The notes under the pieces were generated by a model. That model was not told the origin of the DNA and made no database searches. It was given only the letters and a program-made list of their open reading frames with translations. This document shows, piece by piece, positions 33,251 to 44,672 of a stretch of DNA of 64,000 nucleotides. This stretch comes from TPA_inf: Saccharomyces (lineage: Eukaryota), in the NCBI GenBank assembly GCA_000146045.2, contig BK006945.2, positions 256,001-320,000 of the forward strand, written 5' to 3'. The first letter of the stretch is position 1. The number at the start of each line of letters is the position of its first letter. The position numbers were made by a program, and so were the translations under genes.

Positions 33251-33681
33251 GCTCTTGTGTCTTTGTTATATGGGTACAAGATATAAGAAACATAACTATT
33301 ACATACGAAAATGTGCATGTTATCTATATCCTTCTTTATATAGATGCTGTTAACTTCTTTTTTTTTTTTTGGGAAAATCAACTGTTAAACGCGACAGTAA
33401 AAGCAGCAAAACATTAATTTTGCTTCCAAGACGACAGTAATATGTCTCCTACAATACCAGTTTCGCTGCAGAAGGCACATCTATTACATTTACTGAGCAT
33501 AACGGGCTGTACTAATCCAAGGAGGTTTACGGACCAGGGGAACTTTCCAGATTCAGATCACAGCAATATAGGACTAGAAAATATCAGGTAGCCGCACTCA
33601 ACTTGTAACTGGCAACTACTTTGCATCAAACTCCAATTAAATGCGGTAGAATCTTTTCACAAAAGGTACTCAACGTCAATT

Positions 33682-33698
33682 CGGAAAGCTTCCTTCCG
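33682..33698. promoter_or_regulatory. Gal4 binding site 1 (CGG-N11-CCG): CGGAAAGCTTCCTTCCG
   Basis: Perfect CGG-N11-CCG, about 530 bp upstream of the GAL2 ATG. Confidence 0.7.
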
Positions 33699-33751
33699 GA
33701 ATGGCTTAAGTAGGTTGCAATTTCTTTTTCTATTAGTAGCTAAAAATGGGT

Positions 33752-33757
33752 CACGTG
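33752..33757. promoter_or_regulatory. E-box CACGTG within GTCACGTGAT (Cbf1/Pho4/Tye7-type bHLH site)
   Basis: Palindromic TCACGTGA read directly. Confidence 0.4.
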
Positions 33758-33795
33758 ATCTATATTCGAAAGGGGCGGTTGCCTCAGGAAGGCAC

Positions 33796-33812
33796 CGGCG
33801 GTCTTTCGTCCG
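33796..33812. promoter_or_regulatory. Gal4 binding site 2: CGGCGGTCTTTCGTCCG
   Basis: Perfect CGG-N11-CCG. Confidence 0.7.
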
Positions 33813-33814
33813 TG

Positions 33815-33831
33815 CGGAGATATCTGCGCCG
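33815..33831. promoter_or_regulatory. Gal4 binding site 3: CGGAGATATCTGCGCCG
   Basis: Perfect CGG-N11-CCG, 2 bp after site 2. Confidence 0.7.
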
Positions 33832-33878
33832 TTCAGGGGTCCATGTGCCTTGGACGATATTAAGGCAGAAGGCAGTAT

Positions 33879-33895
33879 CGGGGCGGATCACTCCG
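33879..33895. promoter_or_regulatory. Gal4 binding site 4: CGGGGCGGATCACTCCG
   Basis: Perfect CGG-N11-CCG, about 320 bp upstream of the GAL2 ATG. Confidence 0.7.
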
Positions 33896-34211
33896 AACCG
33901 AGATTAGTTAAGCCCTTCCCATCTCAAGATGGGGAGCAAATGGCATTATACTCCTGCTAGAAAGTTAACTGTGCACATATTCTTAAATTATACAACATTC
34001 TGGAGAGCTATTGTTCAAAAAACAAACATTTCGCAGGCTAAAATGTGGAGATAGGATAAGTTTTGTAGACATATATAAACAATCAGTAATTGGATTGAAA
34101 ATTTGGTGTTGTGAATTGCTCTTCATTATGCACCTTATTCAATTATCATCAAGAATAGTAATAGTTAAGTAAACACAAGATTAACATAATAAAAAAAATA
34201 ATTCTTTCATA

Positions 34212-35936
34212 ATGGCAGTTGAGGAGAACAATATGCCTGTTGTTTCACAGCAACCCCAAGCTGGTGAAGACGTGATCTCTTCACTCAGTAAAGATTCCCA
34301 TTTAAGCGCACAATCTCAAAAGTATTCTAATGATGAATTGAAAGCCGGTGAGTCAGGGTCTGAAGGCTCCCAAAGTGTTCCTATAGAGATACCCAAGAAG
34401 CCCATGTCTGAATATGTTACCGTTTCCTTGCTTTGTTTGTGTGTTGCCTTCGGCGGCTTCATGTTTGGCTGGGATACCGGTACTATTTCTGGGTTTGTTG
34501 TCCAAACAGACTTTTTGAGAAGGTTTGGTATGAAACATAAGGATGGTACCCACTATTTGTCAAACGTCAGAACAGGTTTAATCGTCGCCATTTTCAATAT
34601 TGGCTGTGCCTTTGGTGGTATTATACTTTCCAAAGGTGGAGATATGTATGGCCGTAAAAAGGGTCTTTCGATTGTCGTCTCGGTTTATATAGTTGGTATT
34701 ATCATTCAAATTGCCTCTATCAACAAGTGGTACCAATATTTCATTGGTAGAATCATATCTGGTTTGGGTGTCGGCGGCATCGCCGTCTTATGTCCTATGT
34801 TGATCTCTGAAATTGCTCCAAAGCACTTGAGAGGCACACTAGTTTCTTGTTATCAGCTGATGATTACTGCAGGTATCTTTTTGGGCTACTGTACTAATTA
34901 CGGTACAAAGAGCTATTCGAACTCAGTTCAATGGAGAGTTCCATTAGGGCTATGTTTCGCTTGGTCATTATTTATGATTGGCGCTTTGACGTTAGTTCCT
35001 GAATCCCCACGTTATTTATGTGAGGTGAATAAGGTAGAAGACGCCAAGCGTTCCATTGCTAAGTCTAACAAGGTGTCACCAGAGGATCCTGCCGTCCAGG
35101 CAGAGTTAGATCTGATCATGGCCGGTATAGAAGCTGAAAAACTGGCTGGCAATGCGTCCTGGGGGGAATTATTTTCCACCAAGACCAAAGTATTTCAACG
35201 TTTGTTGATGGGTGTGTTTGTTCAAATGTTCCAACAATTAACCGGTAACAATTATTTTTTCTACTACGGTACCGTTATTTTCAAGTCAGTTGGCCTGGAT
35301 GATTCCTTTGAAACATCCATTGTCATTGGTGTAGTCAACTTTGCCTCCACTTTCTTTAGTTTGTGGACTGTCGAAAACTTGGGACATCGTAAATGTTTAC
35401 TTTTGGGCGCTGCCACTATGATGGCTTGTATGGTCATCTACGCCTCTGTTGGTGTTACTAGATTATATCCTCACGGTAAAAGCCAGCCATCTTCTAAAGG
35501 TGCCGGTAACTGTATGATTGTCTTTACCTGTTTTTATATTTTCTGTTATGCCACAACCTGGGCGCCAGTTGCCTGGGTCATCACAGCAGAATCATTCCCA
35601 CTGAGAGTCAAGTCGAAATGTATGGCGTTGGCCTCTGCTTCCAATTGGGTATGGGGGTTCTTGATTGCATTTTTCACCCCATTCATCACATCTGCCATTA
35701 ACTTCTACTACGGTTATGTCTTCATGGGCTGTTTGGTTGCCATGTTTTTTTATGTCTTTTTCTTTGTTCCAGAAACTAAAGGCCTATCGTTAGAAGAAAT
35801 TCAAGAATTATGGGAAGAAGGTGTTTTACCTTGGAAATCTGAAGGCTGGATTCCTTCATCCAGAAGAGGTAATAATTACGATTTAGAGGATTTACAACAT
35901 GACGACAAACCGTGGTACAAGGCCATGCTAGAATAA
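34212..35936 (+). CDS. GAL2: Galactose permease (HXT-family MFS hexose transporter)
   Basis: 574 aa, 12-TM sugar porter. Signatures GRK-type loops, PESPR, PETKG. Gal4 UAS upstream. Confidence 0.96.
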   Translation: MAVEENNMPVVSQQPQAGEDVISSLSKDSHLSAQSQKYSNDELKAGESGSEGSQSVPIEIPKKPMSEYVTVSLLCLCVAFGGFMFGWDTGTISGFVVQTDFLRRFGMKHKDGTHYLSNVRTGLIVAIFNIGCAFGGIILSKGGDMYGRKKGLSIVVSVYIVGIIIQIASINKWYQYFIGRIISGLGVGGIAVLCPMLISEIAPKHLRGTLVSCYQLMITAGIFLGYCTNYGTKSYSNSVQWRVPLGLCFAWSLFMIGALTLVPESPRYLCEVNKVEDAKRSIAKSNKVSPEDPAVQAELDLIMAGIEAEKLAGNASWGELFSTKTKVFQRLLMGVFVQMFQQLTGNNYFFYYGTVIFKSVGLDDSFETSIVIGVVNFASTFFSLWTVENLGHRKCLLLGAATMMACMVIYASVGVTRLYPHGKSQPSSKGAGNCMIVFTCFYIFCYATTWAPVAWVITAESFPLRVKSKCMALASASNWVWGFLIAFFTPFITSAINFYYGYVFMGCLVAMFFYVFFFVPETKGLSLEEIQELWEEGVLPWKSEGWIPSSRRGNNYDLEDLQHDDKPWYKAMLE

Positions 35937-36393
35937 TGCGTTTGAAGTGAGACGCTCCATCATCTCTCTTAATTTTTCATGACTGACGTTTTTTCTTCAT
36001 TTTAATTATCATAGTATTTGTTTGAAAAAAAAAAAAAAAAATTTCCCTTATCAATGATATCCTTACGATTATATAAATTCCTTACCTAAACCTATTATTT
36101 GTGTACATATATCAGAGTATTATTACATATATAACCTTTTTCTCTAAAACAGGAAAAAAAAAAGAAAACGATAACATGCTCTGCCATCCTTTGTTCACCG
36201 AGCAAAATTAAAAACGCAAAATGAATTGTCCCTATGAAATTATTAAAGGACCACATCACCAGACTTATCTCTGGGGGGTCCTCTAGAAAATAAGTCAGGT
36301 ACTTGCCTGGACTTTCTTCCAGTTGAATTCCTGAGCTAACATACAATTAATGGAGTGAGAATGTTCGAACGATCCAGGAGTTGCTTTTTTCAG

Positions 36394-37572
36394 TCATTTG
36401 TTTATCAGTGTAACAAGCATTTCCTTTATTTCTTTTATATCAACCTGCAACCTATTAATATTCAATTCAACGTCTCGGAGCTTTTCTCGTACCGTTTTAC
36501 CATCATCCATTTCCATGCTAACTAATTCTGAGATTACGATTACATATTGTCTCAGTTCTGGTTCATCAATGGCTGATAAAACTTTCATTACATTTTGGAA
36601 AAAATCTTCGTCATTTAGGTCTAAAGTCAGGATTTGGTTCCTTATAGACTCTCTACGATCTTTTTTCAAGTTTTTTTCTGAAGAAATATGTCCATTTTCA
36701 TTAGTGACAGCGGTAGAGTCCTCTTCCGCTCGAACCAAACTATCACTGCCGGTGTTTTCCTCTCGAAAGGGTTTGTCTTTACCAATGGAAAGACGCCCGT
36801 CTTCTGCGCTTTCATATAATTTGACAGTGGCTATATTGAACTGTTCTTGCAAATCGCCAGTTTTGGCATCCCCTACCCAACCTTTTTCATGCAATTCCTT
36901 TCCTTGAGTGACCCAAGCGACGAGGTTATCTCTAATATATCTTGAAGTTATAGGTACTCTTGATTTCTCCTTATAAACTCTGTTAAAAAACTCAGCTATC
37001 ATTTGATGACATAATATAGGTCTCCTTTTACTTGCTCTCTTTGTTGTGTGGAGCAAGAGGGCCCAATATATGACTGTTAACTTTTCACAAAGACTTTTTT
37101 CTTTATTATTGGACCATCGAAACTTCCTTAGTTGCCTTGTTTCCGCTTCGTCATTACTGTTTCCCCCCAAGTCTGTGGGGGCTCCAACGTGCAATATGTC
37201 GTTGTCAATATCACTAGAAGTATGAGTTTCCACATTCAACTTGGTATTAGTAGTGTTAATTCTTTTATTAAAGCAAATAGTATGTGTAGATTGCAGGAGG
37301 TCGAAGCTCTTCGGATTGGCAAAATCAATATTCTGCTCTATAATTTTCACAGGTTTTGTTGGCAGTATTTGTGCAATTCCTGTCATTGAGTTTCTAAATA
37401 CATTCTTTTGGTCATATTTTGAAGTGCTCTTTTTGCTTTTATGTACTTTTTTTGAAGAGGACGCATTCACATTTGTTACTTCCAATTTCTCTTCCTCCAT
37501 TTTTGGCGTTTCAGAGGGCTTTCCGTAATAATCTTCAAAGGAATTTAAAGTAAAATTCTTAAAGTTGGACAT
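36394..37572 (-). CDS. SRL2: Protein of unknown function (suppressor of rad53 lethality when overexpressed)
   Basis: 392 aa. Matches YLR082C by position and length. No recognisable domain. Confidence 0.8.
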   Translation of the reverse strand: MSNFKNFTLNSFEDYYGKPSETPKMEEEKLEVTNVNASSSKKVHKSKKSTSKYDQKNVFRNSMTGIAQILPTKPVKIIEQNIDFANPKSFDLLQSTHTICFNKRINTTNTKLNVETHTSSDIDNDILHVGAPTDLGGNSNDEAETRQLRKFRWSNNKEKSLCEKLTVIYWALLLHTTKRASKRRPILCHQMIAEFFNRVYKEKSRVPITSRYIRDNLVAWVTQGKELHEKGWVGDAKTGDLQEQFNIATVKLYESAEDGRLSIGKDKPFREENTGSDSLVRAEEDSTAVTNENGHISSEKNLKKDRRESIRNQILTLDLNDEDFFQNVMKVLSAIDEPELRQYVIVISELVSMEMDDGKTVREKLRDVELNINRLQVDIKEIKEMLVTLINK

Positions 37573-38090
37573 CCAAAAGGATCTTCACAATATAAGCGTT
37601 TTTCTGTCCACCAGCTTCAACAAGCTTCAGCCTACTACCAATTTCTAATACTGTTTTATCTTATTACTTGCTTACTTATCCACTCCCATTGTTTTGTCCT
37701 AGATGACAGCATCACCCGGACTGAATATTAAAGCGTCAGTGTCACTTATTTTAAGTCATAATCAAGTCCTTTTAATGTGGCTATAGATTAACCCTGTACA
37801 CTAAAGCTGTATATTATTTCCTTAAAGGAGCATTTATTCCCAAACTGTAACGCAGAATGTCATTCCAGAATCATGGAAAAAAGATTCAAATAAATAAATG
37901 TATATACACCAAAAATTACAACTTCGAATCCTATAGTACTTTTAATCTTTTTGAAAAAAATATTACTAAAAACTATGTATCATGTCCAAAGGCCATAGGG
38001 CCTAGCATTTTCTTTGTTAAAAAAGATAAACAGTAGAGAAATAAATAAAAAACGCCCTAACCCAACATATAGGACCTCTTTTTCGTTGGC

Positions 38091-40094
38091 CTAGTCAACT
38101 TTAATGGATGAGTAGATTTTTCTAACAAAGAGCATACTGCTGATAAAGCCAATTGACCCCGTTACCAAACAGCAGAGTAATGAAATGACTGAGGAGTATC
38201 CCACGTATAAGACAATAGTCGTGAATCCACCCAACTTAAATTTGGTGAATAAAATAGAATGAATAAACACATACAAAGCACAACCGGCGCCTCCAATTAT
38301 GAATCCTCTCCATTGCCACTTCCAGTTCTCCAGGCATAAGGAATGATAAGTGATCAAAATAGTGACGAGTGAACTTGTCAAAGTTAATAGGAGGAAAGAG
38401 AAAAAGAGGAAACCAAACATGTAAAAAATCTTATTAAACCATAAACTTGTGTATATGAAATACAACTCAACGGCGATGGAGCCAAATGGAAAGATACCAG
38501 CAATCAAAGTAGCTGGTATAGTCTTTAAATACCAAGGCTGGAAGGGTATTTGTCTTGCGATTTGGTTTGTCTTGGTTGGATGTTCATCCCAGTGACATCT
38601 TTTCCTGGCAATCAATGAACCAGCAAATGATAATGGGATTGAGAACAAAAACCATAGAAAAACCATAAAAAACAGAGTACTTGCTGGTATGACACCAGAA
38701 GAATGAACAAACATTAAGAAAAAGTTCAACGCAATAATTATTAGCAGAATAGCACCAGGAACTAGAAGTGGAGTCAATATCAAGTTTGCCTTCCAGTATG
38801 GCCCATTGAAAAATTTGTAGATGCCCATAGATGTATAAGAGCCGACAAACCCGAATAATGCATATAAGATAAACATAACAGTGGCTAAGGAACCTCTAGA
38901 ACTAGGTGATAGGAAACCCAATGCAGCGAAGAAGATACTGCAAGTTACCATCAAAAATAATTGAACTCCTGAACCAACCAAAATTGAAAGGGTTAGCGAT
39001 TGACTTGGCGAACGAAAAACATCACCATGATTCAATTTCCAACCCGAATCTTCTTGAAAATCATCGTCCAAATTTAACTCGTTGTAACGTGCGAAATCAC
39101 TTTTCAGTGCGCGCAATAGCGAATGGATAACAACAGATGACAATAAGACAACAACTAAGGAGAAATTTATCAAAGAAAACCATTGAATAGAAGGATCATA
39201 TACGTGTAAATATTTGTCCCACCTGGTGGCCCAAGAAGTCGCTGATTCATTGAATTTAACGGAATAAGTAAAATAAACTTCATTATCATTTCCTTCGTCT
39301 AGCATCAATGGGCTGCCAGTCGTTTCACATGTACCTGGACTGGAACGTTTTATGGAAACCGGTTCGACGATAACACCAACTACACGATAGTTACCTTCAC
39401 CACGATCGTGATATTCAATCATAATATCGAAATGGTTGGCAAAGTAAGGCAATTCGTAAGTTTTCACCATGTTACGATCATTACGTGTTTCCAATTCCAC
39501 ATCCTTATCGGTGGTTTCTGCCCCTTTTGGAGTAGCCTCAATGTCGGTTCCTTGAGTTACCTGTACAAAACCAAGGTTGAAGCCAGCACCATAAAAACTA
39601 GTCTTAGTTCTGCCATCATAAACCTCTCTTGCAGCCGGTAATCCATCAATAAGCCAGTTTTGGAAGAAGCCATTTTTTATCAATTTATTGATGAATTTAG
39701 CATCATCTCCCGGAATTACGGTCTTACACAGGGATTCACACTCTTTTTCTTGTAACATATTCAATTGGAATGGTGAATTATAAATTCGATCACCAAATAT
39801 AACGGATCCCAAGGATTCAGGTTGCTTTTCGACTTTTTCAGGCTGACAAAAATGGAATCTATTGTAATAGTAGTCGTATGAGTACAAGAAATTTTCTTTA
39901 TCGCCAGAAACGTTATTACCGTCCTCATCTTTGTGTTGATAATTCATTGATGGAGTTAAATGATTAACGAGCAATGGGATGTTGTCATTTTCCCTGTAAG
40001 TGGTAGGCGCTACACCTGGTAAATAGAAGGCTTTGACTGTTGACACAAAAAAATACAACAACAAAAGCTGTACGTGTGCCATTTTGTAAATCAT
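38091..40094 (-). CDS. EMP70: Nonaspanin (TM9SF) endosomal membrane protein
   Basis: 667 aa. Signal peptide, large luminal domain, nine C-terminal TM helices. Confidence 0.93.
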   Translation of the reverse strand: MIYKMAHVQLLLLYFFVSTVKAFYLPGVAPTTYRENDNIPLLVNHLTPSMNYQHKDEDGNNVSGDKENFLYSYDYYYNRFHFCQPEKVEKQPESLGSVIFGDRIYNSPFQLNMLQEKECESLCKTVIPGDDAKFINKLIKNGFFQNWLIDGLPAAREVYDGRTKTSFYGAGFNLGFVQVTQGTDIEATPKGAETTDKDVELETRNDRNMVKTYELPYFANHFDIMIEYHDRGEGNYRVVGVIVEPVSIKRSSPGTCETTGSPLMLDEGNDNEVYFTYSVKFNESATSWATRWDKYLHVYDPSIQWFSLINFSLVVVLLSSVVIHSLLRALKSDFARYNELNLDDDFQEDSGWKLNHGDVFRSPSQSLTLSILVGSGVQLFLMVTCSIFFAALGFLSPSSRGSLATVMFILYALFGFVGSYTSMGIYKFFNGPYWKANLILTPLLVPGAILLIIIALNFFLMFVHSSGVIPASTLFFMVFLWFLFSIPLSFAGSLIARKRCHWDEHPTKTNQIARQIPFQPWYLKTIPATLIAGIFPFGSIAVELYFIYTSLWFNKIFYMFGFLFFSFLLLTLTSSLVTILITYHSLCLENWKWQWRGFIIGGAGCALYVFIHSILFTKFKLGGFTTIVLYVGYSSVISLLCCLVTGSIGFISSMLFVRKIYSSIKVD

Positions 40095-40588
40095 TCTGTT
40101 TTGTTTTCCTTTCGGTACTTGCTCTCTGCTACTAAATTAATATCTGAAAATATAACGGTAGCAGATGAAGGAAAAGCTGGACAAGGAGCCAAAAATTAAC
40201 TTAACTAACGTACCAAAAAAAGATACAAATAAAAACAACAAAGCAGTTCAAAAACCTTGAATTACCTTTTTGTTTATCATTAGGCCTATTTCTTCGAACC
40301 GATGACATTTTTCATGGCTTCACCAAGTAAAGAAAAATTGCCGTGAAAAAAATTTAAAGGGCTGTAACCCGGACTTTTGTATTATAAGTTAAAATCACTC
40401 ATTCTCAGGCAGTATTGGTAACATTCCAAGTGACTTCCAATACGTGTTGAATTTACTACTAACATTCCAGTGCAAGTAGTAATTTTTATTAAGTTTTGAT
40501 CAACTTAGGATTTTCCTATTTTATTTTTGTTTATTATATTAAGTGTTCATTATTTTAAGTAGTTATATATTATATAATACAACCCCGA

Positions 40589-43500
40589 TTAGACAAACTT
40601 CATAAGTTTTTCGGGTGGGACGGTATCAAGCATTTCATTCTCATCAATTCGCGGTTTAATGGGCTTATAATCACCCTCTGGATCCTTAAACACGTAGGCA
40701 AGAATGACGCCTGCAATACCAAGGACAGAAACTGTCCCTAATGCTAGTGCAAGACCAATTAAAACGACAAAACCACGACCTATTTTCTTCTTCTTCGATT
40801 TTGATTTAGATTCACTGCTTGCCGATGAAGATGGAGGCTGGGATGATGTTGACTGAGGACTTGTCACAGTAATGTTCACATTGGCAAGTGGTGACTGAGA
40901 GTTGAATTCAGTTGAAACGTCTCTATTAATAAAAATTATTGGATTGTAATTGGAAGTATTTGTTGTTTCTGAAATAAAATATGGGGTCCATTTTTGGAAA
41001 TCAAACAACAAACTTTGTAGGTATCCGTATTGCGAAATATTAAAATTACCATTAAGTAAGAGGATACTGCCATTATTAACATTGTTGATTCCTCTCTTGT
41101 TCAAAGTGTTGGATTCAATATCTGTGTATATAGCTGAAACAGAGCTAATAGAGCTAGCATTGCCAGGTAACGAGGTAATATTCCATTCTTGGTTTCTATA
41201 GATAAATAATGAAGTATCATTCCATGCCACTATGGAGTCTTCAGTGACAGTAAACGAATTCAGTTTCCCTTCAGAACCACTCAATAATGGAATCATAGTA
41301 GAATTGGTTAAGTTAAAGGATCCTAAACGTATAGATTGGTATTCTTTTGTTTCAAAAAGGCCTGAGATAATTAATTCTGATGAGTTGGTGAAGGAAAGTT
41401 GTGTGATTTCACCAAAAATCGTGTTATTGAGGAAGGTAGACCAAGTTTTGCTTTCATAATTGTATAGACATAATCCGGTGCAATTCGGCTCAGTCATTTG
41501 GAAATCTCCGCCGACAAGCATACTACAGTTTTTTTCAAAGTTAACTAAAGCATTTATTCTAGCATTTGATCCTAGTGTTTCATTAGCAATCATGGTCAAA
41601 TTTCTCAAATCAAAAATCGACAGTTCTGCTGTGGTTGAAGATCCTGCACTGACAGCTAGTAAAGTTTGATTATCAGCGTATAGCATTTGAGTAATACCGC
41701 TAGACCAATTCCAGGAAGGATAAACTTCATTAGAAAAATAAATTTTGTTTAGAGAATCCACCTCATATGCATATGCCGTGGCAGACTCATTTAAATAAGC
41801 TCCCAGGTAAGGTACAATACCCCCTTCTAGGTTAAGTGGCTCTATTTCATTTTCGTTCAAAAAACGTACAGACCCATTCAAATTACCATATTGCATATGA
41901 GATACTGCACCTGAAAACAAAACATCGCCATCGCCATTGTTACCAGCCGCCCAAAGTGATAGACTAAAGGAACTGGAGTTCCGTATAAGCGCATTGGAAG
42001 ATGCATTGACCACATAATCGTTATCAAGAACAATAAAGTCGTTATTTGCAAGACTTATATTAAGGGCACTATTCACTGTCCTCGATTGGTTGAAGACATT
42101 CTCAAATGATCCATTAAACAAAAAAACAGCTGATTGATTATTTGATGAAAGAATATCTCCAAATATTAGTAAACCTTGGTTAGTTTTCGTTATACCATGT
42201 ACATCACCTTGAATGGTTTGGTTTTTACTTGATGTAACCTCAAAGTCGTCATTAAGGTCGACAATGGAAATACGGTTGCTTACTCCACCAATTACTAATT
42301 TGTTATCGTAAATGTCAGCATAAAGGGAAGAATTTTTAGGGTAATTTTTTACTGGGAAAAGATTCAAAGTAGTATTACCTACCTTTGTTTCGTTCAATCT
42401 CGTGCTGGTAAAGTTTGATTTCTGGTATTGGAGAATACCATTCAATAAAGTTTCTTTTTTAGCGTTGCTAGAATCTGAAAGTGTGTTAAAAGCATCTAAA
42501 GAAACAGTAATGACATTAACTTGATCTGCCACGACCACTGTTGCAGTGTTGGTTGTATAAATTCCTGAGACATACTCCAAAACGATCTCCGGTGAGAAAT
42601 CTAGATATCCCGAGTAGATTTGATCATATTTTAGATTATCATTATTCTGGTAAATCAAGTACGTCTTCATTATTGTGTTATTTTGTTGATTCCACATGGT
42701 CACGTTTACAATACCTCTTGCGGAGCACGTATTATCCTGAAGACACCCTGGTGTATACATGTTGATAGTGTAGTGACCGGGGTGGATAATGTTTGGGTAA
42801 AACTTTACGCGTGGAATTGGCTCATTTTGATCTGGAACATATTTCGCGGCTATATAACTTTCACCTGTTAGACCATTATACCAATCATTGCTCGACAATG
42901 TAGATGACGACGAATCATTGGTAAGCGCGCTGCAGCCATATTCGTTGAGAGAATCATTAGCATAAGTGGAGAATGTGTCCTGATAGAGCTCCAAACCGGA
43001 TAATCCAACACTACCACCGTATGAATTTAATGCTACAAATTTTAACGATGAAACGGGAAGTTCATTCACAAACGCAAAGTCTTGGAAATCTGACGTCCAT
43101 TTTACGTCTGTCTTGTTGTTATCGATGAAGGTAATCATGTCCATGGATGAAGATACATTTTGGCTTGCTGATAATAAAGTGGCTCGGCTATACAAAGGGC
43201 AAAATTCACCGCAATTCTTCAACTCCCCACTTAGTGGGTCCAGATACGTTAAATTCATTATGCTACTGGATGGATCAGTCAGAATTTGGAACACGGAGAT
43301 TTCACTATCGGAACGTTGGGAATTATAAAGCCTTATTTTTGTTGGTGAAACTTCATATGGTAAATTACAAACTAGAGACCCAGACGTATCCGGATAAAGC
43401 CATGCATCCTCATTAGTGTTAGGACAAACTAACGAATCAGATGCAAACGTTGTACTTCCCTGGGAATCCCAGGAAGCGTACCTCAGTGGAATTCGTTGGC

Positions 43501-44251
43501 CTAGCTCCAATGTAGTAGCGTTTAAAGAGGAAGTTGAGTTCGTACCGTTATTTGAACTACTGATAAGCGCAGAAGGATCATCCAGTGTATAAAACTGGCC
43601 TGCAAATAAAATGTTGTCATTATTTAGCTTGACTATGGAATTCACACTGGAGTTTTCACCAAACCCTCCAAAAGGTAAAAGTTGGGTGGTATTTGATATG
43701 GAGTCCCAAATGAGAGCACTATAGCCCGTCATGGAGCCATTATTATATGAAAAGTTTCCTCCAAAATAGATAGAAGAATTGTCTGCGAGCACAGCCTGAA
43801 CAGCTCCCAAAGACTGGTTGAATATAGGCGTCATAGACAGTGTCGACAAATTGTATAATATCTGGTTTCCGACAGAGATATTGTTTATCGTGCCTGATCC
43901 GCTAAGAATAAACGAATCAACGCCAAATGGTGTAATTTTGTCTATTCGAGTATCATCAGAGGCATCTTCCAACTGGATATAGGTGTTGTTAGAGTAATAA
44001 ACTAATCCATGTGAGCTTGTTTCTGGACCTATTTCTTTAGTGAAATTTTGTTGGCCTGTGTACTCGTAAAAAGATAAGGCGTCCACACCCCCGAGGATTT
44101 GTACTGCGTTGCTATTATTTTGCGATATATTCAAATTCGGTAGCACATTATCTTCGATGTCCAGAAGAGATTTAATATTCTCCAACTGTGATGCCTTCGA
44201 TATCTCCACAAGAAAAGGAAATGCGAGTGTCCAGAGACGATGAACAAACAT
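40589..44251 (-). CDS. RAX2: Type I membrane glycoprotein, bipolar bud-site selection landmark
   Basis: 1220 aa. Signal peptide, very N-glycosylation-rich (NxS/T) ectodomain, single C-terminal TM (VVLIGLALALGTVSVLGIAGVILAYVF). Confidence 0.9.
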   Translation of the reverse strand: MFVHRLWTLAFPFLVEISKASQLENIKSLLDIEDNVLPNLNISQNNSNAVQILGGVDALSFYEYTGQQNFTKEIGPETSSHGLVYYSNNTYIQLEDASDDTRIDKITPFGVDSFILSGSGTINNISVGNQILYNLSTLSMTPIFNQSLGAVQAVLADNSSIYFGGNFSYNNGSMTGYSALIWDSISNTTQLLPFGGFGENSSVNSIVKLNNDNILFAGQFYTLDDPSALISSSNNGTNSTSSLNATTLELGQRIPLRYASWDSQGSTTFASDSLVCPNTNEDAWLYPDTSGSLVCNLPYEVSPTKIRLYNSQRSDSEISVFQILTDPSSSIMNLTYLDPLSGELKNCGEFCPLYSRATLLSASQNVSSSMDMITFIDNNKTDVKWTSDFQDFAFVNELPVSSLKFVALNSYGGSVGLSGLELYQDTFSTYANDSLNEYGCSALTNDSSSSTLSSNDWYNGLTGESYIAAKYVPDQNEPIPRVKFYPNIIHPGHYTINMYTPGCLQDNTCSARGIVNVTMWNQQNNTIMKTYLIYQNNDNLKYDQIYSGYLDFSPEIVLEYVSGIYTTNTATVVVADQVNVITVSLDAFNTLSDSSNAKKETLLNGILQYQKSNFTSTRLNETKVGNTTLNLFPVKNYPKNSSLYADIYDNKLVIGGVSNRISIVDLNDDFEVTSSKNQTIQGDVHGITKTNQGLLIFGDILSSNNQSAVFLFNGSFENVFNQSRTVNSALNISLANNDFIVLDNDYVVNASSNALIRNSSSFSLSLWAAGNNGDGDVLFSGAVSHMQYGNLNGSVRFLNENEIEPLNLEGGIVPYLGAYLNESATAYAYEVDSLNKIYFSNEVYPSWNWSSGITQMLYADNQTLLAVSAGSSTTAELSIFDLRNLTMIANETLGSNARINALVNFEKNCSMLVGGDFQMTEPNCTGLCLYNYESKTWSTFLNNTIFGEITQLSFTNSSELIISGLFETKEYQSIRLGSFNLTNSTMIPLLSGSEGKLNSFTVTEDSIVAWNDTSLFIYRNQEWNITSLPGNASSISSVSAIYTDIESNTLNKRGINNVNNGSILLLNGNFNISQYGYLQSLLFDFQKWTPYFISETTNTSNYNPIIFINRDVSTEFNSQSPLANVNITVTSPQSTSSQPPSSSASSESKSKSKKKKIGRGFVVLIGLALALGTVSVLGIAGVILAYVFKDPEGDYKPIKPRIDENEMLDTVPPEKLMKFV

Positions 44252-44672
44252 TTAATTTCTATATCGTAACGAAGAACAGGTGTATTTTGATCGTTTTCTC
44301 TTGCGTTTCTTCGTTTCCCGGTCAATCAACTGTATAAATATAAAACGAAAATTGTATTATCTTCTCCTACAAAGTCTAGTATGGGGATGATTAAAGCGCA
44401 CACTTTCCTTCGAGACTTCTGATGATGACATTTCCACATTTCCATATATTTCTTTTTTTGTATCGCGAAAAAATGGGAAGAATGGCGTTTCTAACCACTA
44501 AAAAAGAGGAATTTTTGCCTAATTTGGGAATTTGTCAATAAAAATGTAAAACATATGAGATGTATTATTGCCTGCGGAAGATTCTTAAAAACATGACAAA
44601 ATCCAAATTGAAAATGACCTGAAGGTCTCGACTTTTCGGATTTTCATTGTTGCTATGTAAATCTATAGTTAA

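Noticed and set aside
33771-33780. Mig1 GC-box (SYGGGG) in the GAL2 promoter at AGGGGCGG
   Set aside because: Neither strand gives [GC][CT]GGGG with the AT-rich 5' flank. The match is to GGGGCG only.
33776-33792. A fifth candidate Gal4 site starting at CGG 33776
   Set aside because: The downstream triplet after the 11-nt spacer is AGG, not CCG. Not a valid CGG-N11-CCG.
33715-33960. 81-aa ORF and apparent structured, GC-rich 'RNA gene' in the EMP46-GAL2 gap
   Set aside because: Fully explained by four Gal4 CGG-N11-CCG sites plus an E-box in the GAL2 UAS. The ORF has no codon bias or homolog I recognise, and its translation is Arg/Gly/Ala-rich GC-artefact.
36095-36346. 83-aa ORF in the convergent GAL2/SRL2 3' gap
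   Set aside because: Lies in 3'-UTR/terminator territory between convergent genes and next to an A17 tract. There is no start context and no recognisable homology. Likely spurious.
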